Below are positions 20,746-35,052 of a stretch of DNA of 64,000 nt, piece by piece. Every line of letters begins with the position of its first letter. Position 1 is the first letter of the stretch. The translations under genes and the position numbers were made by a program. Source of the stretch: Amoebidium appalachense (Eukaryota; Protista; Ichthyosporea); the NCBI GenBank assembly GCA_963693365.1, contig CAVNZM010000003.1:15297143-15361142 (forward strand), read 5' to 3'. The notes below the pieces were generated by a model that saw nothing but the letters and a program-made list of their open reading frames with translations, was not told the DNA's origin and did no database searches.

Positions 20746-20839
20746 GGGCCACCATCCAACAATGCAGTTCACCTCACTGAGGTGGAGCGCCAGCAGAAGA
20801 ATGTCATGCGTCTTTTGGAGGCCCAGAGCTATTGCTGAA
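20746..20839 (+). ncRNA. Putative small structured RNA, array 1 copy 10
   Basis: CCACAATC at 20686 (60 nt). GGGCCACCA / TGGAGGCCC 20816-20824. Hairpin CACCTCA-C-TGAGGTG. TGCTGAA at 20833. Confidence 0.65.
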
Positions 20840-20927
20840 TCAGTCCATGAGACAAGAACCTCCCCCCTCCCCCCCCCCCCCCCCCCCCCCCCTTCCCCCT
20901 TCCCCACCCACCAACCCACACCCAAAT

Positions 20928-20996
<69 letters not shown>

Positions 20997-21341
20997 AAAA
21001 AGGGAAGAAAGAAAAGAAAAAGCAGGAAGGGAAGGGAAGAAGAAATGCAAACGTAAAAAGGTTTATAAAGACTGCGGATAGTGAAAAGCACCCATACCGC
21101 GGAACAATGTAAAGCACCGCCTTTCGATGATGCGTGCACCGTTCATTAAAAAAGTCTGGGGTTATATTAAATATCAAGTATGTATGTGTGTGTGTGTGTG
21201 TGTTTTGGGGGGGGGGGGGGGGGGGGGATTGGGATAACCAAGAGCTAAGCTCCCTTTGTGACCATGTTATTCTTGCACAAAAGTTTCCATGGCGCACACA
21301 ATCACACCTGCCGCCTGTCTCTTTGCCCCTCCCCTGTCTCA

Positions 21342-21458
<117 letters not shown>

Positions 21459-21837
21459 CTCTATATACATTTCTCTCTCTCTCTCTTTCTCTCCTTCTCC
21501 CCCCTCTACCTCCCCCCCCCCCCCCCCCCCCCCCTTCAGAGCTCCCCCTCCCCCCCTCTCTCTCTCTCCATTTCTCTCTCTCTCTCCCTCACTCCCCCCC
21601 CCTTTTTTGGCGGCCATCCTCTCTGTCTCCAATCACCACAAGTATTCTGCACGCAAACATGAATAAACAAAGCCAGTGAAAAAAAAAAAAAAAGAATCCA
21701 AAAACTTATTTATCAAGAAACCATGGCAACCAGTCACAGCAGTTATCGAAGTCGTTTTTCTTTTGTCGCCCCCACAATCAAAACCCAAAACTCTCCCAGT
21801 GGCACTCAACAATGCTTTTGTAACCATTGATCGTTTT

Positions 21838-21938
21838 GGGCCTCCACCCAAAACAGTGCAGCCCACATTAGTGAGATGGAACGGATTGCGAGAATTGTCA
21901 AATGTTTCCTGCTTGGATACCCTGATCATGATCGCATG
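21838..21938 (+). ncRNA. Putative small structured RNA, array 1 copy 11
   Basis: CCACAATC at 21772 (66 nt). GGGCCTCCACCCAA..GTGCAG. Partial partner TGGATACCC at 21914-21922. Confidence 0.5.
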
Positions 21939-22008
21939 TTGCTTAAATAGCACATGAGATAAGAGCCCCCCCCCGCCCTCCCCCCCAAACACATACAAAC
22001 ACACACGT

Positions 22009-22162
<154 letters not shown>

Positions 22163-22624
22163 ACGCACGCACACGCGCGCGCGTGCGCACACACACACGT
22201 ACACGTACACCCGCCCACCCACCCACCCACACACTAAAAAAAGAAGAATAGCCCCCCAAACACACACGCACACACACATACACATACATACACACACACC
22301 CCCCCCCCAAAAAAAAAAAAAGATATATAACCTCCTCAAAAAAAAACACACACACACACACACACACGTACACCAGCCCACTCACCTAACCAAACACAAA
22401 AAAGAAGAATAAAGAAAAAGGCAAACGTAAATAACCACACAGAAAGCCGCACACGAGAAAAGGAAACAGGGAAACTTTGAAAAGAGAAGTATAAAAAAAG
22501 TGGGCCTAAAAAAAAAAAAAAAAAAAAGGTAGGTGACAGGTGCCCGCGGCCGACCCAACATTTATTAATAAAAGCGTCCCGCTTTCAACGATGGCCCATA
22601 TGGTGACCGATCGTATGCAATGTA

Positions 22625-22679
<55 letters not shown>

Positions 22680-22712
22680 GCGCGTGCGCGGATGGAATCC
22701 CCGGCCCCCTCC

Positions 22713-22752
<40 letters not shown>

Positions 22753-22995
22753 CGCACACGTGCACAAATTCAACAAACAAACACCCGATACTGCCACGTG
22801 CACCATGGTACCGCCATCGCCGGTACCTTCAACCCACCCCATCCCAACTCTACACCAACCACCATGATGCATGATCCAATTTTTTTTTTTGTTCCTAGAC
22901 ACTTAACATGGACACCGAGAAGTTGTCCCACAAATTCACAATCACAGTGCAACCATTTCCTTAGGTATGATTTTCCCTTTGACCCTACTCACGTT

Positions 22996-23163
22996 GGGCG
23001 ACCAATCCACCCAACCAGCGTCTCCCCCGTTTGAGGTGCCGTACCTATTGGGATTGCAGATCTGAGCTCCGGCTGACTGCAGGCGGGTGATCATCACTTT
23101 CCTGCGACTGCGGGTTGGTGTAGCTTTGTGACACCAAAAAGGTCGCCCAGAAATGCCACTGAG
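22996..23163 (+). ncRNA. Putative small structured RNA, array 1 copy 12
   Basis: TCACAATC at 22936 (60 nt), preceded by CCCACAA. Perfect stem GGGCGACC / GGTCGCCC 23141-23148. CACTGAG at 23157. Confidence 0.65.
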
Positions 23164-24522
23164 AAAGACCCCCCCCCCCCCCCCCCCCCCCCCCCGGCCC
23201 CGGAGGAGGCTCCTCCTCCCAATTCCTCCTCCCCCTTTGACAAGATCTTCGTAACGGTTTTCACCCCAGTAAACTTCTTGTCCCTCCGAAACCCTGGTAG
23301 ATGAGAGTTTTTCCTTCTCTTCGACTCAGATTACCTCCCCAGGCAAGAAGAAAGTAAGAATAAAAGGACCAGTGTGTTTCTCATCGGACTTTAATTCGTC
23401 TTGTTTTTGTCAAATTCGCGATCATTCCTTTGGGTCCTCGATGTCGTGTCCATGCACTTCGTGGGACCCAACTACCTCACGAGCACACCGATGCGATAAT
23501 ATTATGACGCCTTCGGCGACACCCTCACACCAAATTTGGAATTCGCGGTTGCAAGGGTCAAAAGGCAACGTGGAATATAATTTGGGGTTCGAATGGGTGA
23601 GAGGGAAGGTCGGTCTGAGAAGCGTATTTGTATGTGTGTGTGTGACTGTAATGATGTGTGTGCTGCCATGATGGGTATGCCACGTAATATTAACCCAATT
23701 TATATCTAGTATATTGCTAACCTAGGATCATGAGTGCCCACTCACATCAAACTTAAACCTGGGATGAGAGGGGGGGTTAGGAGCGAGAGTTATACAATAC
23801 ACAGTAGGCATTCGCAAGGCACGACACACCACAGTTATTGCAAAACATTCACCTCAACTTTGGTACATGGAAGGGAGGGCAACACAATCACACCCATGTG
23901 TGTACAAACGAATCCACACCACACGCACTGTCCGCAGACTGCGTGTGCAATTGCATGATCCATCAAGCGAACTTAGACGTATATGTTTGCAGACACCGTG
24001 CCTCAGGCACCCTGCATGGTAGTTATTTATTTATCGTCACATATATGAAGTATAATCTTGAATTATAATTGCGTGTGCTGGCATGCCAGACTGTATATCT
24101 ACTATCGATGAAAAGCTATGTCGTCTCTACAGACCCTTGCTCATGTGCCCTGGCGTGGAATACTCCTCTGGACCATTTTACTTCTGTGGAAAAGAGAACC
24201 GTCAGAAACCATTCAATTCTCACAGTCACTGTGTTGCCCCCCCCCCCCCCCCCCCCCCCCCATCTCTTAGGATCGACTAACCCATGTCCAACTGCTGTTC
24301 ACATGGAACCTTTCTCCACTTCAGTCCTTCCCACAGAGTACATCCAGGCAGACAGCGGTAGAATGCATATCGCAACACCCACCATTATCAGCCACCGGTT
24401 AACGCACACAAACACCACCACCAATCAGCACACACGAGCTAACCCCCCCCCCCCCTCCCAAAATCTCCCCGTGCTACACAAGACTTCCGAGCACACACAT
24501 ACACACACACACTCACACTCAC

Positions 24523-25552
24523 CGTGTGGTAGCTGTCCAGCTCGGCATCCAGATCAGCCTGGGACTTGTTCTCCCTGCAAAACATGCCCCCCAGTCAGTT
24601 ACACCCCATGGGAAAAACATGCGCCATATCACACACCAGCAATACAATCACCTACACTACCACGACACCCATCCACGGCCGTGTGTACGGACAGAAACAC
24701 ACACACATGCCCCCCCCACCCGTGGAGCACAAGGCTGCTTCTAATCTTCTCCCTCCACGTGCCGATCTCATGTCTACCCCGCCCCCCACCCCCCTCGAAC
24801 ACACACACACACGCTAAATCCATAAAGAGCCCGCTACCACATCTACCAACCTCATTTACTATTCGCTTCCAAACAGCTCAACTAGTCACCATCTACGACT
24901 CTTCCTCCCCCCCCCCCCCTCTACCCCCAAACCCACCAAATTCCAACCCCCCCCCCCCCCCCCCAAAACACTCACGCACCTTGGGGCCCTTCCCCCCCCC
25001 TGCCCCCCCTTGGTGCACTGCCGCGGCCACCACGGCCCCCCCTTGCACCCCCGCCACGAGACCAGCGCCCATCATCCGTGTACTGGATGGCATCCCGCTG
25101 GCTGTGGGCTTGCAGGTCAGTGCACGTACGTGCGTGTCCACGTGCACACACACAGAAACGGCCAGACCAGACCAGGGTGGGCATGTGCACACACTGAGGG
25201 ATAGAGAAATGCGCACGCATACACACACTGATTTGCACAAGCACACTGGCAAACAAACAAACTACAGAAAAAACAAGATACTAATAGCGTACACCGTCCA
25301 CTGATCCAGGTATCCCAGGCAAAGTGCAGATACAAAAAAAAAAAAAAAAAAAAAAAAAGAAAAAAAAAGTCTGTCTGCTCGATAAAACACGAACAAGAGA
25401 ACGACACTTTTTGATGGCTGGGTCCCAGAGCGGAGGAGGGGTTTGAATGCGTCAAATGGTATAAAGTACACATTCACAACGGACAACAACATGCAGGGTG
25501 GAAACCACATGTTAGGAGTATCCATAATAAGCATAGCACGTTCTGAGGCCCG

Positions 25553-25586
<34 letters not shown>

Positions 25587-25617
25587 GTCATCCACAGTAT
25601 CCGAGTCTTTTTCTTTC

Positions 25618-25648
<31 letters not shown>

Positions 25649-27293
25649 TTTTTTTGGGGGGGGGGGGGGGGGGGAGGGGGGGGGGACTAGCAAGAAAACC
25701 CACATGACAATTTACAAACACAGACAAATCCGTGTGCACGTGTGCACGTGTGTGTGTGCGCGCACACACACCAACGCACATCAACACACACACACACCAA
25801 CGCACATCAACACACACACACACCGTGGCTGTGCAGGGGCAGGGGCACTGATGCGGCTCAGCACGTTGGACCTTGGCTCCTCGTCAACAGCAATCAGCTT
25901 CATGGGCCGCCCTGCAGACCAATGTCAGCACATGTACGTGTACGTGGGTACGCGTGTGTCTGTGTGTGTGCACGCGCACACATGTTCATATGTATGTAGG
26001 AACAATACCAGAATAACTGGTGCTTCTTTTCTTTTCCTGGCTTGCTTGTGTGAAGATGTCGGGGTTGAGTTTGACCATGTAAGTTTGTATGCAGGTGCAT
26101 TATCTGTACATGCCAAAAGATCAAGAATGGAACTTCTACGTGTGCAAAACAACTATGATACCACATCTAATTACAAACGCATAGAACCACACGGCAATGA
26201 GAGATATGCCCTCCTCCCATTCCCCTTCACTGGCTTGTCCCCCACGGAAGGAAAGGGCGGTGTTTCTGCGGGGGAAAGGCCATAGTGCAATAGAACGAGG
26301 GCGTGCCGTGTACGCCAGAATGACTATTAATGTCCGTGTGTGTGCCCCTGTGTCCGTGTATCCTGGCGTGTGTTTTGGGGGAATTAATGTATATCGAACC
26401 ATCCAGGGTGACACCGTTGTACTCCTTCACGGCCCTAGCGGCATCCTCGGGGCGCACATAGACCACCTCGGCTGTGCCCAGAGACCGACCCTGTGCCGTG
26501 TAGTGCACTGCAACCTTCTTCAGGGTGCCACACTGCCCAAACAGCTCCTGTGTGTGAAAAAAACGCGTGAGAAAAAAAAACGTAAAAGGAAGGAGCGGGA
26601 AACGACTTGTAAAGGAGGGGGGGAGCTTCGAAGGAATGATCAGAAAAAAAACAGGCAAACGTCTGAAGAAAGTAGAAGGCAATGCAAAGGCCAAACAACC
26701 CACACCAACCCAAGCGCAAGCGTCAGAGAAACCATGCGCAAAGGAGTGAGTGGGAAACATGTGCAAATGATGAGAGAGTAAGAAGCACTCCCAAAGGAGA
26801 GATTTTTAAGATAAGGGTGAGAAACTTATGCAAGGGAGGGGTATAGAACATGTGTATGAAGAGGGACACACGGATATAGGCACAAAATCGGTGCTTATAT
26901 GACATGTGGAGCAAGCAAAAAAAAAAGCAATGAATTCAGCTAACATTCAAGTTCACAAAGCCAAACAACGTTGGACATTTGTCTTCCACTCATACACCAG
27001 CATTAGTTGCTATCCCCACCCTCCCCCCTTCCCCAGTGCCCTTTTCCACCAAGAAGGAAAGAGGAGTGCACCTTAGAGCACACACACAACAACCTAATTG
27101 AGTTGATTGTTTGTACATATTCTATCACACAATGATAACTCAACTCTCCAGTTTACCCTCCACATGTGTGTACAGAAAGCTTGTATCTTCTACCTCCAGC
27201 ATCTCTCTCTCTCTCTCTCTCTCCCCCCCCCCCCCCCAGCCTCCCCACCCCTCTGCCCGTTCCCCTAGGTAGATGTGTATGCGTGATTGTGTG

Positions 27294-27326
<33 letters not shown>

Positions 27327-28286
27327 ACCGACCTTGACGTCAGCATCATTTACAGTGGGTGCCAGGTTTTCGACGAGCACTTTGGTTGCTGTGAGACGGG
27401 GCTTGGGTGGCGGCGCCGGGGCCCTGGGAGCAGGCTGTAGGCCGGGAGTAACAGGCGGGGGTGAGTGCCTCGTGATGAGGCCAAGAAAAATGACGAAAAC
27501 ATGAAGTCATGGAACTAAACGGCCGGACTTGGCTGCTGCCCAGTGGACACCGCTCGGCCGGTAGGAATGACCGGGTGGAACGATTGGGGAATGTGGTGTG
27601 AACAAGGGAGTTCGAACGTAGCAAAAAACAATGAAAGAAACGAGCAAAAAAATGAGTGGAAGACCTTACGGCCTGGGGTGCAACAGGAAATATGCCTTTT
27701 GAACAGGCATGTTTAATGCATCCCGCCACCGTGTCACCGGCATACGCCAGCTGTTAGCAAAAGCAAGGGCAAACAACGAAGTTGCCCGTTCGTGTGTTCG
27801 ATGTCCTGGTGGATTGATCGAAGCACAACTAGAAGGCACAACAATAACTAAGTGGTTCATCGTTAGGCTTGAAAGGAAGAAGATTGAAAGTTTTAAACTT
27901 GTTAGCAAGGTTTTTAGTGGTCGTATCGAAAATAGTTTGACTCAAACAGTAAACGAAACTGTAACGTGTCTCTCCGGTTCGCTTCATCGTTTTCTTCTCT
28001 TACACTCCTGTCGCATCATCACCGTGACCCCGCTCTGCACTTCGGATTTACACGAGTTTTTAACGGTTTTCCGCTTTGTGTGCCGCCCCCCTCATCTCTA
28101 TACCTTCTCTGCCGAGTAAGGGGCCGACCTAGCCCCCCTCCCTCTGCTGTTGTTGCGAACTGCCCCCCCGCTGCTGCCTCCCCTCGGCGCACCTCCGCGC
28201 GCACCGCGCCCACGCCCACGCCCACGGCGGCCCACACCTGTCTCCTTGACAATATCATCGAGTGGTTTGTCCAAAAGATCGCTCAT
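24523..28286 (-). CDS. ALYREF: mRNA export adaptor ALY/REF (THO complex subunit 4, Yra1-like); last exon and stop not located
   Basis: N-terminal [14 protein letters not shown] plus RG-rich region (28286-28104). RRM split over exons: [17 protein letters not shown] (ends 27333), [42 protein letters not shown] (~26547-26400), RPMKL (~25910). RGG exon at ~25100-24978. C-terminal motif [13 protein letters not shown] at ~24573-24523. Confidence 0.92.
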
Positions 28287-28779
28287 TTTCTATGCAATTT
28301 AAGAGTGTAGGTGATGTTGATGTTTTTTCGTTTTTTCGCTTCTCTCGTTGCTAACACAGACGGGGCAAAGAGGAGTGGGCAACCAACAAACTCAAATTTG
28401 CTGCGCCCCCCTCCATCGTGTGCACTCACATGAGGGAGACTTTTGGATTGTGGTGCGGATTGTACATGACCTGAAAATCTATAAAGGAATTAAACTGTTT
28501 AAACATTTCTTTTGTGCTCGTATAAACTATGTTAAGAACTTTAATGAACAGATTAAACGAACGATTTTGGATCACATGTGTGCCCCTGCATGTGACTCTA
28601 ACCCAATCACAACACCTTTATTTCACAACATTCATTTTCAACCCCCCCAGATCTCACGCTCCATAAAACATCCACACCCCTTCTCCCCTCAGTCCTTTCT
28701 CCCGTCACGTTTGTGCGACTCAGCCTCCCGGCCCCAGCCGAAAGGACTCAGTTAAAGTGCTAAGCACCCAACCGCCAAC

Positions 28780-28950
28780 ATGGGACACGATGCTGTGTGG
28801 AACTCCCACCCCAAGAGCTACGGCCCGGGCAGCCGCCGCTGCCGCGTGTGCTCCAACAGGCACGGTCTGATCCGCAAGTACCACCTGGACCTGTGCCGTC
28901 AGTGCTTCCGCCAGTACTCGAGCGACATTGGCTTCCACAAGTACCGATAA
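28780..28950 (+). CDS. RPS29: 40S ribosomal protein S29 (uS14), 56 aa; absent from the supplied ORF track
   Basis: Manual translation gives [56 protein letters not shown], with the CxxC..CxxC zinc knuckle. Confidence 0.97.
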   Translation: MGHDAVWNSHPKSYGPGSRRCRVCSNRHGLIRKYHLDLCRQCFRQYSSDIGFHKYR

Positions 28951-30254
28951 ACGGCCACAAAACCGCACGTTACCATGGCAACGAACACGACGGGCCGCGC
29001 CGTTTCGTCGGGGCGCAGCACTGCGAGCTACGACGGGGGTGATGCCACGGCCTGGTGACGTGGGCAGCTGCGAGTAAATACAGAGGCCGGACGGTGAAAG
29101 CTATGTGCGTGTGTGCGTGTGTGATAGGCAGGCAGGCAGGCAAACAGCATGCTTGTGTGCGTGTGTGACAGACAGACAGACGGGCAGGCAGGCAGGCAGG
29201 CAGACGGGTGGGCAAACAGGGTGCAGAGACGAGGAAGAAGAGTTGGTCGAAAGGAATAGTAGGAACTATAAGGACGGGGTTCAAGGGACTTGGGGTGGGG
29301 GTTAGGGTGGGGTGAGAGGGGGAGGATGAAAACGAATGGAGGGGAGGGGAAGGGGGAGGGTGAGAAGAAACGAGGGAGAGGCATCGAAGGGTTGTGGAGA
29401 GGGAGGAGGGGGGGGGGGGGGGGGTTGCTGGGTGTATGCTGTGGGTCACTCAGGTGGTGTTGAACAGACACCGAAGGGGATGTAGGGATAGGGGCGAGAG
29501 ATTGAGAGTAGGGGAACGGGGAGCACGGGAGGGGGTGAATGGGTTTGTATATGAAAATAGACAGGGAAAGTGGAAAAATGCCCACAGGCAGTTTGGGTGT
29601 GCGGTCTGTATATGGAAGGGGTGTGTGTGTGTGTGCATGCGTGAGTAGCTAGGGGAGGGGGAGGGGCATGTAGAGGGAGGGAGGGAGGAGGGGGTTGAGG
29701 ACAGGATACGATGCTAAGGAGAGGCTACTGTTCCAGGAAGTGTGCTACGCACATGCATTTGGGTTTCCCTGGTGGGTTGACCTTTGTCTGTTAATTGGGG
29801 GGGGGGGGGGGGACATGGTTGTTATTGCTGGGCTGCTGTGAAGAGGGGGACTAAGGAGCTAAAAGGTTTTTTGTGTTGGCTTTCGTAACCCTTTTTTCAA
29901 CCGTGTCTTTCCAGAAATAGTTCTAGGCTACAGAGTTGCAGTGTGCTTGGTTGCATTTTTCGGCAAAGGGACTTCTGGATAATGGCTTACCCACACAGCC
30001 CCTTTTTCTTCGTTGGATGTGATCGTGGACACAGGGGTGTGGCTAACAGGAAGAATGGGGTTGCAACCCAGAGCAGCACTTTTGTAGCAGGTTGGGCTTG
30101 TGGGTAGCTGGTGATATGTTTAAGCATGGCTTGGATGTGATGGAGAGAAGTGTGGTTGTGTTGTAGGGGGGGAGATGAATCGTAAGTTGTGTATGGTTTT
30201 TCCTCACACCGGTTCAAGTGTGTTTTTGAGGGGAGTACCATGGCCTAACCTTGT

Positions 30255-30495
30255 TTTTATTTCGCTTTGTTTTCGTTTAGGGTATAGCTTTGAGATCATG
30301 GCAAGAACATGTTTATCGGGAGCTCGAGGCTTCTTGTGAGGTGTTGGTCAGATTTACACTTGTGTTGGTTTTCTGAGAGGTGTGAGGGTCTATCCTAGTT
30401 TCTTTTCGCTTTGTTTTCGTTTAGGGAAGCTTTGAGATTAATGCAAGAACATGTTTATCGGGAGGCTTCTTGTGGGGTTCTGGTCATATTTACTT
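30255..30495. repeat. Imperfect direct duplication of ~100 bp, period ~145 bp
   Basis: TTTCGCTTTGTTTTCGTTTAGGG..AGCTTTGAGAT..GCAAGAACATGTTTATCGGGAG..GCTTCTTGTG occurs at ~30260 and ~30403. Confidence 0.85.
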
Positions 30496-31935
30496 GTCAT
30501 TTTGAACATTTTGAAGCATGATGATGTGCAGTTAGCGTGCCTGCCGACTGGTTTGGGTATTTCGTAGGTTGGTGGCAACATGTGTGGTTGCTGTCTTCTT
30601 AGGTAAGCGTGTATTCGTTTTCTTTTGTTGCTTGGTTGTTGCCCTTAAAAAAGAACCTTCTAGATTTTCTCCTCTTTGCATAGTCTTTTCGTCAGAATGA
30701 GAGGGGGGGGAGGTGGGTAGTTGCATGAGCCTTAGAAACGGTCTTGTGATAGTGTATCATAGAAGGGTTTTCTTTCGTTTTTGTGTTCCTCTCTCCCTTT
30801 TTTTGTGTGTTTAGGTGTTTTAGAGGGTAGAGGGAGGGTGTTTCCCCTTTAATCACGCTGCTTGTTCGACTTTTTAAACACGCCACTATGTGTTCTTTTT
30901 TGTGTACGTGGGCAGGGAGGGGAAAGTGGTTTGTGAAGTTTTAGGAGACAACGATGAGGGGAGATGAGGGGGAGCTATCTCCGGGTTCAGCAGCCCGGAT
31001 TCCGAAGCATTAGCTGCAGTTGGTCTCCTGTTCATGTGTAAGGAAGACAAGTTCTCGCACGACCCAATGTGCCAGCAGACGTGCTGGTTCGAAGGTGTCT
31101 ATATGTATCACCCGGCTATTTGGTGTGAACGTCACTGAGCATGCGCACTACTTTTCGTTGCAATAATCATGAACCAGGAGGTAGTTGAGTTGTTCGCACC
31201 AGCCGCTTCAGTCTGCAGGGCTGCCGGTGCAGGTGAATTTACGTGACGCGCGCGGCATGCGCACTTGCAAGCTTATGAGCGTAGAGGGTAACGTCGGTCT
31301 GTGCCTGTGTATTTGAATTTGTCACGATAGCTGATATTTTGAATGTGGTGCACGCCGGTGGCCGGCTCAGGCACTCCCCCCCCCCCCCCACGTGCCCCCT
31401 GCATGGAGAAAGAAAAAAAAAACAAAAAAAAAACAAAAAAAACAGGCGTACAACGTGTACATACACGAATGCGCATACTGTACGTGCAGCCACCCCCCCC
31501 ACACAAATTGGGCCAAGGGTTGAATAAGAGTTCGTCCTCCCCTCGAAGCTCTGCAGCCTGAGGTTCCTGCAGCTAGCTCACAGTATGACTGCACTGCACT
31601 AAGGCTCATGATGTACATGCAGAGTCTGAAATGCATGCGTTTGAGTGGTAGTTGTAAAAGTGAGTCCTCCTTCCCCCCCCACCCCCCCCCCCCCCTCCCC
31701 CCCTTCTCTCACCACCACCACCACCAACGGCCACAGAGAAACTGTGGCAGATAAACACACACTACACACTTTGCAAAACAAACATGTGCACGGTCACCAA
31801 CGGCAACAACCACCTAGATGTCACCCAACCGACTGTCGTGTGTAAGTTACACCAACATGGGGAAGCGCTTGCACGAACCGTAGTCTCACACACGTTTCGC
31901 GTGGACGCTTGTCTATGTACGCTACGCGTGTTTGT

Positions 31936-31984
<49 letters not shown>

Positions 31985-34785
31985 GTCTGTCTGTGTGTTT
32001 GTGCGTGCGTGCACGTGTGGAGCCCGCGCCTGCATGTCTATGCGCGACAACGCATTCTCCTGTAAGTGCACGCGCATTTGAAGTCTGACGAGTTGTGTGT
32101 GCACATGCAGGATGGTGAGCAGGAATTTGCGCCCGTATGCATTTGCGTGAGACGGGTGTGTGTGCGTGTGCGTGTCTGTCTGTCTGTGTGTGTGTGTGCA
32201 CGCGCGCCCGCGCGAACGTGTGTGTGTTAGTGTGTGAGCGATGAGGTGTGCAGAATGTGTGCCTCGGTGTGCCCCGATATTTCTGATGTGTGTGTCTGAG
32301 TGCACGGTGTGTTTGTATGTGTGTATGGGATGGCCCCGGGGGTGCAGGAATGTGTTCCGCAGTGTGTGTTTGTGTGGGTGTATGTTGGTCTGTGTGCTTC
32401 GTGTGCTTGCGCCCGCGTGTGCATGTTAGCTCGTTGGAGGGGTACGAACGGAGGCAGGGTACTAGCGCAGACAAAAAAAAGGGGCAATTTTGCCAGGTGG
32501 TCGTCACGACCAGGAACGTGCACTGATGTTCTCCAGGACGCACTCATAGCGTGACTCTCTGAATGTTGCTTGTAAATTCGTAGTCAGTCTGAGGATGACC
32601 CAAGCAACAGGCGTTGTGGGTAATTAAGGGGTATCGTACGCTGCTGTCACCTACTGAGGTGACGCGTATTTTTCCTTACACACACAGCGAACACTGGACT
32701 CTCGGGACCGTAGATCTAGAGCCGCCCTGAGAGAAAGCATGCACGCGGTCGCGCGAGTGTAAGGTGGGTGTTCATAGCAGCCCAGGCACCGTCAGTACCG
32801 GCCTTGCGGAGCACGATGATCAGGCTGTGAAATTAGGGGTTTTTGGCCAGAATTGTTATTTATTTTTATAATGACTTTATTGTAATTAAAAAAAAAAGAA
32901 AAAAAAAACAAACAAAAAACGGGGAACCCCAACTAATTGATTTTCTTAGTCTTTATGGTGTCTCGTAGAGAAAGTAAACCCTGATATATAATCATCACCC
33001 GACCGCTATGTACGTAATCAATATATACCGCTAAGGGGATATTCCGAGCAAAACCCCCCCATACTTGAGACCTGGTCTTCTTTGCCTCGAGTAAACAAAC
33101 AACCCTATGCTCATGAAAGAGAAGCAAGCCAATAGCTCGCGTAGAAGCGTAGATAGCGTGTAAATTGCAAGAAGTCAACGTAAGTTGCAGTGGGCCACCA
33201 GATGTCGAAGAAACCACTCCTTAGCGAGAAACTCCGCGGAAGCCTGATGTCCCCTCACTCTCACAGCAGTAGGAATAGACAAGGCCGCACTACACACACA
33301 CAGTGTCACGTTCCCCTCTGATTATTTGAGTCGTTATCTCCTCCGTATCCGTGAGTAGGGGTTTTTGTATTTTCTTCTCTGAGCTATCTGTGATATCTCC
33401 GGCTTGCTTCTCTTTCAGTGAGCATATCAATTCAGTCATTATCAAAAAAAAAAAAAAAAGTTCGTAACGGCGGCACCATGCACATGCGCATGCACCTGAG
33501 TACCGTACTTTTACTCCCTGTGGGGATGCTGCTAGTCACGGGGCGGACGTTTGTTGAGTCAGAGCCCTAAACATATGGCAACTTTCGTATAACACCTTTC
33601 GCACTCGTAAACGTAGTTGTCAACTCAGATCATGCACTTTATTTTAGCATGAATATGTTTTTTGTAGTGGCTAAGTGTGGGCGGGAAAAAAAGGCGGGAA
33701 AAAAAAATACCGATGCATGCGCCGTGGCCGTTGGCCCGTTATGCCTTCCAGAAAACGCAACTCGAGCAAAATTTTGGCGCGCTTACGTTCCAGATTGCCC
33801 TCCTCCTTGCCCGGGTAAGATCCACGTACGATGATTGGTTCGCTTCTTGGCCTTGACACCAAGGCCAACGGCCAAATGCAAAATACACGTATATTCCCCA
33901 AAACAAATCTTCAGGTTATTGTCGAGGGGCTGCTTTCTTGTGTCAGACTACAGGAGGCTCTGTAAATACAAAAAACGAACTACAGCAACAGAAAATTACC
34001 ATCGTATATATTCTGAGAGTTTATGTTGACGTAATAGTGTCTAAAAGCATTTGTTGGGTTGCCAAAAAATGTATGCTTTTCCATCTGCTTCGGAGTTGTC
34101 CTCCTGCTTTTCCGGGAATACGAAATTCCGGAAACAGATTGTTGAAGCATCGGGATTCTCAATTTACAAAGACCTGATTGGTTGATAAGTTTAGGGGAAA
34201 TTGAAAGCCAAAATCTTTAATCAGCAACAATTCTATGTATTATCTACAAAATAAACAAAAAAAGCTCAAATTATCGTATAATAACATTTTTAATTAGTTT
34301 TTTAATTAGATTATTGTCTTTTGTATGTTTATAAGCTGTTTCTGTGGCTTTCCCAGCAAGAGAATTCCAAACTATTTGCTGCAGATCACACCCAGTTTGT
34401 GGCCCAACGATGGCGTCAAAAGTGCTCCGCATAACTTGCAATCGAACAGTAAGAACAATGAATGATATTTAACGAATTAAAGTTCACCAAATGTCTTAAG
34501 CTAATCACAAAGAGCTAAAAGTACTTTTTACACCAGTCACAAGTGTGCAATGTGAACTCTTCAATACCCCTGGCTAAAGGTTTATAAACACCCAATCGTA
34601 CGGTCCGACATCCGGCAGCGTCAGTGTGGAGAGGTGTTGGACTGTTGGGTGGGGTGGAAACGTTCAGTCTGAACGCTGTTTATGCGTTAGCCCAAAATAT
34701 CACAACAACACGTCAACAGAAAAGAAAACGTGTTTTCTTAATTCCTTCTCTCTATACCCTCCACTCGTCTCCCTGAAACGCAAAC

Positions 34786-35052
34786 ATGACTGTCAAGCGC
34801 AAGTCCACCGACGACGGTTTCTTCTTCGACTACCGTGAGAAAACGCTTCGTCTTGACGACAACCCCTTCTACGCGCAACAACAAGCACAGTTTTGTGCGC
34901 AGGTGCAACCCATGCCTGTCTCTGCCTGCCCTGTTCCCGAACCTACGGGCCAGTATATGCAGTATCCTGCTACCCCAACGGAACCAATGGCTATGGACTG
35001 CCAGGATGCCACTCCGGCTCACCGATTCATCACGTCTTTTGTGTCGTATTAG
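34786..35052 (+). CDS. Hypothetical 88-aa protein
   Basis: Single ATG-initiated ORF in non-repetitive, C-rich sequence, with AAAC-ATG context, TATAAA at ~34583 and an AT-rich downstream region. No recognised domain. Confidence 0.45.
   Translation: MTVKRKSTDDGFFFDYREKTLRLDDNPFYAQQQAQFCAQVQPMPVSACPVPEPTGQYMQYPATPTEPMAMDCQDATPAHRFITSFVSY

Noticed and set aside
24069-25304. 411-aa plus-strand ORF
   Set aside because: Low-complexity and antisense to ALYREF exons and introns.
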